The notes below the pieces were generated by a model that searched no databases, had not been told where the DNA came from, and worked only from the letters and a program-made list of their open reading frames with translations. From Kofleriaceae bacterium (GTDB lineage: Bacteria; Myxococcota_A; Polyangia; Haliangiales; Haliangiaceae), in the NCBI GenBank assembly GCA_965215005.1, contig CBDCCZ010000049.1, positions 128,001 through 192,000 on the forward strand: a stretch of DNA of 64,000 nt, read 5' to 3'. This document shows positions 11,955 to 26,575 of the stretch, one piece after another. Position numbers and translations under genes: made by a program. The first letter of the stretch is position 1, and each line of letters starts with the position of its first letter.

Positions 11955-14264
11955 ATGCGGGCGAGGCGCAGCGGAGTGGTGCTTGCGGCGCTTGCGGTCA
12001 TCGCCGCGCTCGCCGGCTGCCGCGATGACCGCGCGATGGCCATCCCCGACTGGACTCTGATAGCGCCCGACGGCCGCTCGCACGCCATCACGCTACCGAC
12101 CCGCGTGGAGGGGCTCCTAGAAGAGCGCGGGCGCCGCTTCGAGCTACGCGCGACGGTCGCGGTGCCGTTGGGGCTGCGCGGGCGCGCGGTCACCCTGGCA
12201 ATCGCCAGGCTCCCGGCGCTGGCGACGCTGGAGGTCGACGGAGAGCGGATCGAGCCGTCGACGACAGAGCTTCTGCGCGGCTATCGGAGCCCCGGACATC
12301 AGCGCTGGCGAATCCCCAGCTCCCTCGCCGATGACGGCGAGCTTCGGCTACGCCTCGTCGTTGAAGACACCTGGTTCCAGAGCACCTGGCTCGCCGCGAC
12401 CCCGCGAATCAGTGCGCACCGCGACGGCGATCCGTGGTTTCGCTTCGTCACCGCGTTCAACATCGCTACCGCGGCCATGGCCCTGAGCATGGCCATTCTT
12501 CTCGCGGTCGTCTACTTCATCGTCTATGTGGGCGACCGCTCGCGAACGGCTTATGGCTGGCTTGCAGCGCAGGCTCTCTTGGCCGCCAGCTATCCCCTGT
12601 TCGTGCTCGGCGCCAGCCAGGTACTGCTCGGCATCTATGATCTGCGGATCTTTTGGTTCGTCGGGGCCGCGGCACTGGTCAGTATTGGGTACACGCATTC
12701 GCACCTCGGCCTGTCGCGGCCGCACTGGATCTGGCTCGTCCTCGGATTCCTCAACGTGTGCGGAGTGTTCTTCAACAGTCCGTTCAATACCCGCTGGAAT
12801 GCCATGGTGGTCGTGGTGAGCATCGGAGCCACCGCGATTTACCAGATCGCGCTGCTGACGACGCTGCTTCTCCGCGGCACGCGACACGGCGACGTCGTAA
12901 CGCTCCTGGTATCGTGGATCATCTTGGGCACATGCGGTAGCGCGGACCTGTTTTACTGGAGCGGGTTCGGCAACTGGCTCGAGGGCTTGAATGGAGCGCC
13001 GCTGGGCATCAGCGTGTTCGTTGTGCTGCAGGCGGTGGTGCTAAGTCGCGCGCATGGCCAAACAATGACCCGCTCCGACTCGCTTAATCGCGAGCTACTC
13101 GACCGCGTTGCGCTGCTCGAGCAGCGTGACAACGAAAATCAACGATTGACCGAGGAGCTGAGGCGCCAGGTGAGCGCGCGCTCGCGCCAGCTCTCGCACG
13201 CGCTCGCCCGGCTCAGTCGTCCGGTTGCCATCGACATTGAGCTGTCGCCGGGTACCGAGGTCGGCGCACGTTATCGAGTGCTCCGTCAGCTCGGGACCGG
13301 CGCGATGGCCATCGTCTACGAGGTCGAACGCATCGACGACCAGCGCCGGTTTGCGCTGAAGGCCCTGCGCAGTGTGACCGATGCTCGGCTCTTAGCGCGG
13401 TTTGCGCGCGAAGCTCACATTGCCGCCGACGTCAGCCACGAAAACGTCGTGACGATTCACGACATCGACTTCGCCGAGGCCGGATTCATGTACATCGTCA
13501 TGGATCTCGTCGATGGCGGCTCGCTAAAGGACCACGAGGCGCGCTACGGCGATCTGCCGTGGGCCATCGAGGTGCTGCGACAGATCATCCAGGGGCTCGA
13601 GGCAATTCACGCCAGCGGCGTCGTGCACCGGGACCTCAAGCCCGCCAACATCTTGCTCGCGGCCGGTGACGAGGTGTGCGTCCGGATCAGCGACTTCGGC
13701 GTGTCGGGCATGCTGGGCGAAACAAATGATGCCCCCATCGTGGCCGTGCTGGCGGCCAACGGCTCGATCGACGCGACAGGCACCTGCGAGCTTGCGCCCG
13801 GACCGCCAATGCACCACCTCATGTTGGCAGGCCAGGACCAGACGCGCTCGACCGTGGCGAACCTCGCCCCGCAGGACACCGAACGCGACCCGCCCTCGGC
13901 GCTGCCACTGGGCAGCTCGGTTGCGCGGGAAGCGTTCGATACACCGCAGCTCACGGTCGCGGGCAACGTCGTCGGCACGCCGTCGTACATGGCGCCGGAG
14001 CTGGTGAACGGCAGCGGAGACGGCGTCACGCGCGATGTCTTTGCCCTGGGAATCATCGCGTTCGAGCTGATCGCCCGCGCCCGCCCCTATGCCGGGGCGC
14101 CGTTCGTGCTGCGCGCGCGCGGCCAGCCGATTCCGCCGCCGACGCCGCTTGCCGTGGCGCGCCCCGATGTGCCAGCGGAGCTGGCGGCACTCATCGATGC
14201 CGCCGTGGGACTCGATCCGCAAGCGAGACCATCCCTCGAGGTCTTGCGGGCTACGCTGGCTTAG
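11955..14264 (+). CDS. Membrane receptor Ser/Thr kinase: lipobox-like leader, extracellular beta domain, ~7 TM (7TMR-DISM-like), coiled coil, kinase
   Basis: ALAGC leader; about 7 hydrophobic segments; LNRELLDRV...LTEELRRQV; LGTGAMA, FALK, HRDLKPAN, DFG, GTPSYMAPE. Confidence 0.85.
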   Translation: MRARRSGVVLAALAVIAALAGCRDDRAMAIPDWTLIAPDGRSHAITLPTRVEGLLEERGRRFELRATVAVPLGLRGRAVTLAIARLPALATLEVDGERIEPSTTELLRGYRSPGHQRWRIPSSLADDGELRLRLVVEDTWFQSTWLAATPRISAHRDGDPWFRFVTAFNIATAAMALSMAILLAVVYFIVYVGDRSRTAYGWLAAQALLAASYPLFVLGASQVLLGIYDLRIFWFVGAAALVSIGYTHSHLGLSRPHWIWLVLGFLNVCGVFFNSPFNTRWNAMVVVVSIGATAIYQIALLTTLLLRGTRHGDVVTLLVSWIILGTCGSADLFYWSGFGNWLEGLNGAPLGISVFVVLQAVVLSRAHGQTMTRSDSLNRELLDRVALLEQRDNENQRLTEELRRQVSARSRQLSHALARLSRPVAIDIELSPGTEVGARYRVLRQLGTGAMAIVYEVERIDDQRRFALKALRSVTDARLLARFAREAHIAADVSHENVVTIHDIDFAEAGFMYIVMDLVDGGSLKDHEARYGDLPWAIEVLRQIIQGLEAIHASGVVHRDLKPANILLAAGDEVCVRISDFGVSGMLGETNDAPIVAVLAANGSIDATGTCELAPGPPMHHLMLAGQDQTRSTVANLAPQDTERDPPSALPLGSSVAREAFDTPQLTVAGNVVGTPSYMAPELVNGSGDGVTRDVFALGIIAFELIARARPYAGAPFVLRARGQPIPPPTPLAVARPDVPAELAALIDAAVGLDPQARPSLEVLRATLA

Positions 14265-14332
14265 GGGTTGTTCACGATGGACCTCGCGGTAGCCGCACCA
14301 TTCTCCGACGGCGCGGTACCTGAAGCCTGTTG

Positions 14333-15478
<1,146 letters not shown>

Positions 15479-15488
15479 AGCGGGCGGC

Positions 15489-16428
15489 ATGGTAGCATCG
15501 CCGGAGGTGAAGCGAGAGCTGTTCGGCCCGTACCGAATTCGCCAGCGTCTCGGCGGCGGCGGCATGGGCGAGATTCTCCTGGTCGTTCACGGCGAACGTC
15601 GTGAACCGCTTGGGGAGACGCCGAGGGAGGCCCGTGAGCAGCAGAAAGACTCTCTCGTGGTGGTAAAGCGCCTTCATTCGGCGCTGGCGGCCTATCCCGA
15701 GGCGGTCGAGCTGTTCGCAGCCGAAGCCGCGGTGGGAAGGCAGCTGGCGCCGCATCCGCACGTGGTCGCGGGTTACGCCAGCGGCGAGCTCGAGGGTTGG
15801 CACTACCTCGAGATGGAGTATGTCCCCGGCAAGGATCTGGCAGCGATCGCCGCGACCGAGCAGCGACTAGCGCCGCCGCAAGTGCTGAGCATCGCCGTCG
15901 ATATGAGCGCGGCACTAACGCACCTTCACGCGCCGGGCCAAGGCTTGGTGCATGGCGACGTGGCACCGGCCAACATGCTGGTGCGCGACGACGGTTGTGG
16001 TGAAGCTTGGCGACTTCGGCCTCGCGGCGCGAGCTGGCGCGCCGCAAGCGGTGGTTCGTGGCACCCATGCGTACATGTCGCCCGAGCAGGTCCGCGGCGA
16101 AGCGATGGATCAGCGCTCTGACCTGTTCTCGCTGGCGGTCGTGCTGTGGGAGCTGCTCGCGGGGCAGCGGCTATTCTTCCGCGGTCCGAGCTACCTCAGC
16201 CAAGCCGCGGTGGTCGAGGCGCCGGTGCCTGCGGGAGCGATGGAGTCGGAGCTCGAAGCGGTGCTGCATCGCGCGCTCAGCAAGTCCCGGCAGGAGCGCT
16301 ACAGCAGCGTCGCTGGGTTTTGCGAGGCATTCATCACCGCCGCGGCAACCCACGGCTGGCGCGCCGACCGCGCCGCCGTCGCCGCGCTAGTGAAGCGCTA
16401 TCCGCGCGCCCCAAGCACCGCCGACTGA
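15489..16428 (+). CDS. Stand-alone Ser/Thr protein kinase, interrupted by a +1 insertion at ~15995
   Basis: LGGGGMG...HGDVAPANML in one frame, VKLGDFG...GTHAYMSPE...DLFSL in the next. Removing one T from GGTTGTG restores DDGVVKLGDFG. Confidence 0.85.
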
Positions 16429-16447
16429 CGGCGCTGCACCCCGTTTG

Positions 16448-16934
16448 TCAGTCGAGATACGACAGCTCTTCGTCGAGCTTCTCTTCGAGGTCGGCGTCGA
16501 GGTCGGCGTCAGCGTCGGAGTCGGGTTGGCGCGCCCGCGCTGTTCGCTTTCCCCGCACCACGCGATACGCCGCAAAACGCCAAGCCGCCGGTCACCAAGA
16601 GAATCGCCAGGATCGGCAGCGCGGTATTCCAGCCGCCGCCCGGTTTTCCGGAGATGTCGGTGTCTGGGACCCGTTCTTGGAGGTTGCTGTAGATCTGCTC
16701 GTCGGTCATGCCGCGCGCCACCATCTCGCGAATCTCGTCAATCCACTCGTGGGCTTGGAAGCTGGTGCACGAAGCGAGCGTGCGACCGGGGCAGAACGGG
16801 CTCATGATCCGCCGTGACAGCGCCAACGTGTGCTCTTCGACTTGCCCGGTGTCCGTGGCTGGCGATTGCGCAAGCGCCGCAGCCGGCGCCGCAAGCATGA
16901 GCATAGCGAAACATAGCCAAATCCATTGTTTCAT
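16448..16934 (-). CDS. ccmH: CcmH/NrfF-like cytochrome c biogenesis protein (+1 insertion at ~16575)
   Basis: Signal peptide, IMSPFCPGRTLASC, IREMVARGMTDEQI, TM helix; corrected C-terminus AFAAYRVV...LEEKLDEELSYLD*. Confidence 0.75.
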
Positions 16935-16988
16935 GCGGAGCTCCGAGGCAAAGGCAATCTTGCAATGGTAGCAGGCTCTGCGGCCGCG

Positions 16989-17180
16989 TCAGTCGTTGCG
17001 CGCTTCATTCTGCTGGCGACGCTGCTTGCGTGCCTCGCGCGCCAGACGACGCTCCTCGTCGCGCTTTCGCTCGAGCTCCATTGCACCTCGAGCGGCGCGG
17101 GTGCCAAGCACGAAGCCGAGGAAGATCCCCAGCAGCAGCACCATCGGGATGTAGATGATATGAGCGCTGGTGGGCAGCAC
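16989..17180 (-). CDS. Small membrane protein in ccm operon
   Basis: HIIYIPMVLLLGIFLGFVLG TM helix plus charged tail; AGGAG upstream; tightly packed in the operon. Confidence 0.7.
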   Translation of the reverse strand: MLPTSAHIIYIPMVLLLGIFLGFVLGTRAARGAMELERKRDEERRLAREARKQRRQQNEARND

Positions 17181-17183
17181 GCC

Positions 17184-17552
17184 TCACTCCTGAGCTGCGA
17201 GCCGCAGCTCGGCCTCGAGCTCCTCGACCTCGCGGCGCAGCGCGCGCTGGCGCATGAACATGTAGGCTAAAAAGCCCACCACGAGCACCCACAGCGCCAT
17301 GTACGCCATGGTCACGTGGCGCTTGTTGGTGAGCATTTGCGAGGCGTCTTCCTCGTGAACCTTGGCGCGCAACTGGCGCTCGAGGAGCGCGCGCCACTCG
17401 GCGTCCTTGCGCAGCTCTTGCTCGCATTGTCCCCGCATCGGGCTCACATACGAGGCTTCGGCGCTAGGCATCTCTGCCGCCGGTTGCGCCGCGGCAACCC
17501 CGAGCGGGGCCAGCAAACAGATCGCGATGACGAGGGGCACGATGTTGCGCAT
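17184..17552 (-). CDS. CcmD-like protein with N-terminal exported extension
   Basis: C-terminal AYMALWVLVVGFLAYMFMRQRALRREVEELE resembles CcmD; directly follows ccmC; AGGAGAG upstream. Confidence 0.65.
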   Translation of the reverse strand: MRNIVPLVIAICLLAPLGVAAAQPAAEMPSAEASYVSPMRGQCEQELRKDAEWRALLERQLRAKVHEEDASQMLTNKRHVTMAYMALWVLVVGFLAYMFMRQRALRREVEELEAELRLAAQE

Positions 17553-17562
17553 CGGAGCTCTC

Positions 17563-18237
<675 letters not shown>

Positions 18238-18241
<4 letters not shown>

Positions 18242-18921
18242 TCGATCACCCAAGGATTCGAAAGTCCATAAGGACGTTACGAGAAAAGCGCCATCGTAGA
18301 CGCCGAGGAACTTGATCCAGAACCAGGCCTGCTCGAGATCGGCAGCCCGGCCGAGCAGCGCGCCGGTGCCTTTGGTGCCCGCGATGAAGAGCGGCACCAA
18401 AATCGGGTAGAGCACCACCGGCAACAGCACGTCGCGCGAGCGCACTCGTAGCAACATGGCCGCGAACACGGTGCCAACGATGGCAAAGCCGAGCGTGCCG
18501 AGCACCAGCAACACCAAAAATGGCAGCGGGTGCGCTAGCAGCGGCGCATCGAATAGGAGCGCCACCATCGGCACCACCACCACCTCCACCACCGACATCA
18601 CGACCAGGATGCCCGCCGCCTTGCCGGCAAACAGCGCCGTGCGCGAGATAGGCGCCAACAGCAGCGCGCGCATGGTGTCTGACTCTCGCTCGCGGTCGAA
18701 TGCGCGGGACAAGCCCAGGGTGCCGGCGAAGGCGATGGCAACCCACAGAATCCCGGGAATCGCGCTAGCGATGATGCTGCCCTCGCTGCCAAAGGCAAAC
18801 GAGAACACCACCACCACCATCGCGGCGAAGAACGTCATGGTGTAAGAGGATCTCGCGACTGCGAAACTCGACGCGCAGATCCTTGGCGGCGGATGGCTGC
18901 CGCCTCACGCAAGGCATTCAT
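18238..18921 (-). CDS. ccmB: Heme exporter protein CcmB (+1 insertions at ~18891, ~18845, ~18250)
   Basis: Corrected start [58 protein letters not shown]; corrected end FESLVIE* overlaps the ccmC ATG as ATGA. Confidence 0.88.
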
Positions 18922-19020
18922 GCCGGCTATGTCGCTCCCATGGCCATACGCGACCCTGGTTGTACGTCGGTCACGAGCATTGGAGCAAGGCGGGGCGATG
19001 GCCATGGCGCAGCTCGAGGG

Positions 19021-19743
19021 TCAGTCTGCCCACGAATGGTAGATGTGCTTGAGCTCCTCGTAGGAGAAGCCGACGTCGTTGCGCGCTTCGTGAACTAGCT
19101 TGCCGCGGGCAAGCACGGCGACATGGTCGGTGACCTCGCCGATGGATTCGAGGTCATGGGTGATACAGAGAACGATGCGCTTGCCGCTGCGCGCGCTGCG
19201 CAGGGTCTCTGCGAGCATCTTTGCGCCCGAGCGATCGAGGCCGGTAAACGGCTCATCGAGCAGCAGCACCCGCGGATCGTGCAGCAAGGCGCGAGCTAGC
19301 GCCAGGCGCTGGAGCATTCCGCGCGAGTAGGTGCGGGCCTGACGGGCGCGGGCGCGGGTGTCGAGGCCGACGGCATCGAGCAGAGAAGCGGCCCGCGAGC
19401 CAGGGTCGGCGATTCCGTAGAGGCGCGCGTAGAAGGCCAGATTTTCGTCGCCGCTGAGCTCACCATAGATGAACGCGCTGTGGGCGAGAACGCCGATCTG
19501 ATGGCGCAGCTCGACCGCGCTCACGGTGGTCTCGCCGGGCGCGGCGCGCGCAAAGCGCACCCGCCCTTTGGTGGGTTGCACGAGCGTCGACAAGACGCCC
19601 AGAAGGGTGGACTTGCCGGCACCGTTGGGCCCGAGCAGCGCGCACAAGCTGCCCGCGCGAAGCGTGAGGTCCACGCTAGCCAAGGCGCGGTGGTGACCGT
19701 AGCGCTTAGTCACCTGCTCGACGTGCACGGACTCGATGGCCAT
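19021..19743 (-). CDS. ccmA: Heme ABC exporter ATP-binding protein CcmA
   Basis: [28 protein letters not shown]; upstream of ccmB and ccmC. Confidence 0.9.
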   Translation of the reverse strand: MAIESVHVEQVTKRYGHHRALASVDLTLRAGSLCALLGPNGAGKSTLLGVLSTLVQPTKGRVRFARAAPGETTVSAVELRHQIGVLAHSAFIYGELSGDENLAFYARLYGIADPGSRAASLLDAVGLDTRARARQARTYSRGMLQRLALARALLHDPRVLLLDEPFTGLDRSGAKMLAETLRSARSGKRIVLCITHDLESIGEVTDHVAVLARGKLVHEARNDVGFSYEELKHIYHSWAD

Positions 19744-19747
19744 ACTC

Positions 19748-21721
19748 TCACGACCGTGAGCGCGGGGCTTTCGTCGTCTGCAGAGCTGCGCTTGGCCGCC
19801 TGCGACGCTTTTGCCCTTCTTGGTGCCGGAGCCGCGAGGGCCTTCGGAGGCGCGGTAGGCGGCCTCGATGCGGCTCAAACAGCTCGCGCCGCCGACTCTC
19901 GAGCTCGCCTTCGTCGATGAGGCCGGCATCGAAGTCGCGTTGCAACGCCACCACCGCATCGAGCAGCCGATCGCGCTCGAGCTGCGCGCGTGCAAACCGG
20001 ATCCTGCGACGTCTGCGGCCCGAGTCGCCGCGAAAAGATGGTCACCAGCACCCAACCAAGTAAGCCCAGCACCACCACGCCCGCGGCGATTCCGGCGTTT
20101 CGCTTCCACGCCGCGTGCTCAGGCAGTCCAGTGAGCGTCATGGCCATGCTCTTGCCCGGCGAGATCGTGATGTTCTCGTACACATAGAAGCGCTTCTCGC
20201 CTTCTTCTACGGTCCGCGCGTTTGCCCCCGCCGGCGCTTGCACCTGCATCCCCGGAGTAGCGAGGAGAATCAACCGCGAGCCAAAGGCGCCATACGGCAG
20301 CGGCATCTGGAAATCGATGGCGCCGTCGTCGACCTCGAGGGAAAAGCCGCCGAGAAACTCGAAGTTTCCGGGGGGAACGGGGCGCTTGAGGATGAAGCCA
20401 GCGTCGGGATGAGCGGCTACCCGCTGCTCGTCTTCTGGGAGCACGGCGCCGAGAAAGCCCGTTGGCAGCGGAATCTGCACCCCTTCCACGCCGCCGGCGC
20501 GCGGCCGGTACGACCAGTTTCTGGACGGTGAAGCGTCCGGTAAAGCCCATGTACTTGTCGTCGAGAATCCCTTGCATCTCGAAGCTGAAGACCAGCTGCG
20601 GCAGCACCCACATTCCCGCTGCGGCGCCGCGGTCCGCGGTGAGCTGAAACGGCGACGAGATGTAGCTCTGCCCGGCGTGCTCGGTGGTGGCGTAGTAAAC
20701 GATGCCCGGATCCGCGGCGATGCCGCTAAACCGCGCTTGCACTGGGGCCAACGGATCCGCCCGGCCGGTAGGCGCAGCTGTTACCGGCGCGCGTGCCACC
20801 TCGGCGCCGCTGCTGTCGTGCAACGTCACGCTGCGCAAGCCCTCGACGCGTCCGCGCATGCGCACGATGATTTCACCGGCGGCGACGCCTTCGCCTTGGT
20901 CCTCCCCCTTTTGGAGATCATCGACCGGCGGAGCCGCCCCGCGCGCCTCGGCTGCGAGCAGCAGCCGCGCGCCGACCTGCGGGTACGGAACGTAAGGCAC
21001 GCTCATGAGCCTATCCACTGCGCCTTCCCGCGCGACTGCCGCGAGGGCATAGTAGGCAACGTCGCCGTCGAGAGAGAGGCCTTTGAAGACCACGCGGCCC
21101 GCCGCATCGGTGACCTTGGTGGCGGTGGTGACGCCGCCGTCGGCGGCATATCCGACCAAGTGCACTGGCTGGCCGGCCGCATTGTCGCTCAGCGTTCCAA
21201 ACACTACGCGGACCGTGAGCTGCCCCCGGTGCGTCCCCCTGCTGCGGCCGCGCAATGCCACTCATCTGCCGTGGGTCTGGCATCCCCTGCGGCTGCCCCT
21301 GCGGCTGCCCCTGCGGCTGCGCGGGAGCTGCCGTCGGCTCCGCCGCGGCCGGAGCTGCTGCTGTCGATAACAACAGGCGCACGCCACCCTCGTCGGGAAT
21401 CGTGAACGGCTCCGAATCGACGTTCCCAGCGTTGCCTTCGACGCGCGCCACGAACATGACCCCAGGCGCCAGCTTGGTAAACGTCGCGCGGCCTTTGCCG
21501 TCGGTACGCGCGGTGAGCGTGTGGTCGTCGGCGCCCACCAGCTCGACCGCCTTCCCCGACGACGGCTCGTCGGGGCTGGCCGCATAGACTCGCACCGTGA
21601 CCGTGCCGACCTCGAGCTGCGGATCCGCCAGCGGCTTGCCGAGCGCCGCGGCAACTTGCGCGGAGGCAGCGGTGGGAACGCTAGCAAGCAGCGCAAAGGA
21701 CACTAGGAGGGTTGCTCGCAT
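19748..21721 (-). CDS. Large exported, membrane-anchored protein with repeated beta-sandwich (carboxypeptidase-regulatory-like) domains; at least four +1 insertions; exact 3' end uncertain
   Basis: Signal peptide; two TD.xGR.xF repeats ([18 protein letters not shown]); late [19 protein letters not shown]; tail [18 protein letters not shown]. Four ORF-track fragments join by single-base removals at ~21225, ~20519, ~19995, ~19878. Confidence 0.7.
21284..21319 (-). repeat. 12-bp tandem repeat x3 encoding (QPQG)3
   Basis: CCCCTGCGGCTG three times on the + strand. Confidence 0.9.
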
Positions 21722-22394
21722 CAGGCGCTCTTCTCCGCGGACTCGCTGGTGGGTCCTGCGGGCTGTTCGTGATTGGCCGACGCCGGGTCGTCAGCAGGCG
21801 CCTCCGTTTGATGAGTGGCCTCGGGCCGCGATGCATCCTCTGCGACCACGGCGTGGCCTTCGGCCGCGGGTGCTGCCTCCTCGGCGCGGGTCGAATCGCC
21901 GCGGGCTCTGACTCCAGCAACGGCCATGCGAGCCTTCAGCTCGCGCTCTATCTTCGCATCGAGGCTCAGAGTCGCCTCGGACCGCTCGCGTGCTTCGAGC
22001 GCTTTGATGACCTCGACCGCCCGCGCCCGATACGTGCGCGTGAGCTGCGCGGCGTCGGCATCAGACATCTTTCCCATCTGATGATCGAAATCGATCTCTT
22101 TGATGGCCTTGAGCAGCGACCGCTTCTCGCGCTCGAGCTCATCGCGAGTGCCCACGGGGGGCACTGCAACCTCGCCGGCGTCCGCATCGGTCGCGGCGGA
22201 GGCAGCAGCCCACAGAAACCACGCGGTCGCCAAGATGGCAGTCCAACCGAGCCACAAGAACACCACGGGAGCATCTACCTCCCAGCCATTGACGGAGAGA
22301 ATCGCAATCCACCCGCCTGCCAACACGAGCACGGCGCTGATTGCGATCCAACGCCGCAAGGAGGCTCTAGCCGAGGTCGCAGAAGCCGTCATCA

Positions 22395-22395
<1 letters not shown>
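21721..22395 (-). CDS. Two-TM membrane protein with a CcmI-N-terminal-like helical domain
   Basis: Two TM helices then ELEREKRSLLKAIKEIDFDHQMGKMSDAD; one-base overlaps with both neighbours. Confidence 0.7.
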
Positions 22396-24633
<2,238 letters not shown>

Positions 24634-24656
24634 GCGGATGCTCCTTGCGACGGCGG

Positions 24657-25112
24657 CTAAAAAACGGGCTGACCGGCAGCCGGAGCTTCGGTGCCAAAGT
24701 TCTTGTTCTGGGCGGCACCCTCATACTTCGAGGGACACTTGGCCATCAGCTTATCGGAGTAGAGAACGAACTCTCCGTTCTCCTCGGCGAGCCGGCCTTC
24801 GGCGACGACCTCCGAGAGGTCCTTGAAGGTATCCGGCTTGGGACCTTCGTCTGAAACCTTGATGCGCTTGCCTTTGTACTGGAGATAGAACGTTCTCAGA
24901 GTCTTCTGATCGACGATCTTCTCTTTGATGGAGCCCGCCTCGACGTATCCGTGGACGCGGAGATCCTTGTCGACCCACGTGCCCGGCTCAACCATGAGCT
25001 CGTCGACCATCTTGTAATACTGGGCGCTACCCACGGACGAGTAGATCATCATGCTCAGGCCGCCAACGACGACGGCCACGGACAAGAGCACCTTGATCAG
25101 GCGGCTATTCAT
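24657..25112 (-). CDS. ccmE: Heme chaperone CcmE, CxxxY variant
   Basis: N-terminal TM, PDTFK, VVAEG, and MAKCPSKYE where canonical CcmE has KHDENY. Confidence 0.92.
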   Translation of the reverse strand: MNSRLIKVLLSVAVVVGGLSMMIYSSVGSAQYYKMVDELMVEPGTWVDKDLRVHGYVEAGSIKEKIVDQKTLRTFYLQYKGKRIKVSDEGPKPDTFKDLSEVVAEGRLAEENGEFVLYSDKLMAKCPSKYEGAAQNKNFGTEAPAAGQPVF

Positions 25113-25328
25113 GCGCGACTCCTCTACGAAAATGCCAGCAGGTACGAGGGTCTACTCAGCACTCTGGCACGGCTAACGGTAGCACAGGACGGGCCAACGA
25201 CTTTGCAGGACATCGCTGTGGCCTATTGCCGCAGCGGGAGCTCCAGAGAGCGGAGAATCAGTAGCGTAACCGCCGTCGGTAGCGGCTCATTCCGCAAAAT
25301 TCATTGAGCAGCCGCATGGCTACTCTCG

Positions 25329-26378
25329 CTAGCCACCGATCGCAATCATGTGCTTGGTGGGGCCACCATCCCCCGTTGACTGGAACCGATGCCCCTCGCG
25401 CTTGCCCGTGACCGCGGCGCGAATGGCAGCAGCGAGGTGGGCATTGCTGCCACCTCCGCGCATGACCTCGCGAAGACTGGTGGCATCGTCGTAGGCGAGA
25501 CAGGAATGCAGCTCGCCGGTCGCTGATAGGCGCAGCCGATTGCACGTTGCGCAGAAGTGCTCGGACATCGCCGAGATGATTCCGACGTGTCGCTCGGGTG
25601 CTGAGGCAAGCGCCCAATACCGAGCCGGGCCAACGCTCGCGCTGCGCGGCGTCACTGGCACCAGGCGATCATCGAAGGCAGCTTCGAGCGAGGCCCGAAT
25701 TTCAGCTGCAGTGAGCTGCTGCGACGGCTGGAACAGTGAACCACTGCTCATCGGCATGTGCTCGATGAAGCGAACGACGATGTCGCGCTGCCAAGCAAAC
25801 CGGCACAAATCGGCGAGCTCGCCGTGGTTGATGCCTTGGAGGGCGACGGCATTGAGCTTGACCTCGAGCCCGGCGGCACGCGCGGCATCGATGCCGCGAA
25901 CCACGGTGTCGAGATCACCGCGGCGGGTGAGCTCGCGGAAGCGGTTGGGATCGAGGGTATCGAGCGAGACGTTGACGCCGCGGAGGCCCGCGCGCGCCAG
26001 CGGCTCGGCAAGGCTTGGGAATCGCTCGCCGTTGGAGGTCATCACAACCTCATCGAGGCCAGGAACCTGCGCGAGCATCGCCACCAGGTCGACGACGTCG
26101 GCGCGCACCGTGGGCTCGCCGCCGGTGAGACGCACCCGCCGCACACCGAGCGTCGCGAACAGCGTGACCAACCGTGTGAGCTCCTCGAACGAGAGCAGCT
26201 CAGCGCGGCGGCGAAACTGCATCTCCTCCGGCATGCAGTACGTGCAGCGAAAGTTACAACGGTCGGTAAGCGACACGCGGAGGTACCGAATGCGCCGGGC
26301 GAAGCCATCGGCGAGGGGACCGGTGGCTCGATCAACGGGGGCTGTCGGAGGACCGACGACGGGCAAGAAGACGCGCAA
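25329..26378 (-). CDS. moaA: GTP 3',8-cyclase (Moco biosynthesis, radical SAM)
   Basis: YLRVSLTDRCNFRCTYCMP, TGGEP, FCATCNRLR, C-terminal MIAIGG. Confidence 0.96.
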   Translation of the reverse strand: MRVFLPVVGPPTAPVDRATGPLADGFARRIRYLRVSLTDRCNFRCTYCMPEEMQFRRRAELLSFEELTRLVTLFATLGVRRVRLTGGEPTVRADVVDLVAMLAQVPGLDEVVMTSNGERFPSLAEPLARAGLRGVNVSLDTLDPNRFRELTRRGDLDTVVRGIDAARAAGLEVKLNAVALQGINHGELADLCRFAWQRDIVVRFIEHMPMSSGSLFQPSQQLTAAEIRASLEAAFDDRLVPVTPRSASVGPARYWALASAPERHVGIISAMSEHFCATCNRLRLSATGELHSCLAYDDATSLREVMRGGGSNAHLAAAIRAAVTGKREGHRFQSTGDGGPTKHMIAIGG

Positions 26379-26400
26379 GCAGTGAGAGCTCCAGGGCTGG

Positions 26401-26531
26401 GGTATGGCGGGTCGGGGGCACTACGTCAAGAAGTCACACAGGTTACGAAGGTTGGGCTTGCTAATAAACCGTGTGACTGTACCTTTACATCGGCGATTCG
26501 CCTTGACTCGCCTTAGAAAGTATTGCATAGG
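26401..26531. promoter_or_regulatory. Putative back-to-back sigma70 promoters flanking an inverted repeat
   Basis: Minus strand TTGACG-17-CATACC (26429-26401); plus strand TTGACT-17-CATAGG (26503-26531); inverted repeat AGTCACAC(A)GGTT...AACCGTGTGACT (26432-26478) between them in an AT-richer gap. Confidence 0.4.
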
Positions 26532-26575
26532 TCCGCTCGAACCCCATTTTGCTTCCCAAGGAGCACATCTCGCAC

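Noticed and set aside
18938..19006. Inverted repeat CCATGGCCAT...ATGGCCATGG between ccmA and ccmB
   Set aside because: Single occurrence with no U-tract; at most an intercistronic stem-loop.
26379..26548. Moco riboswitch upstream of moaA
   Set aside because: No recognisable multi-stem Moco motif, and the putative promoter leaves too short a leader.
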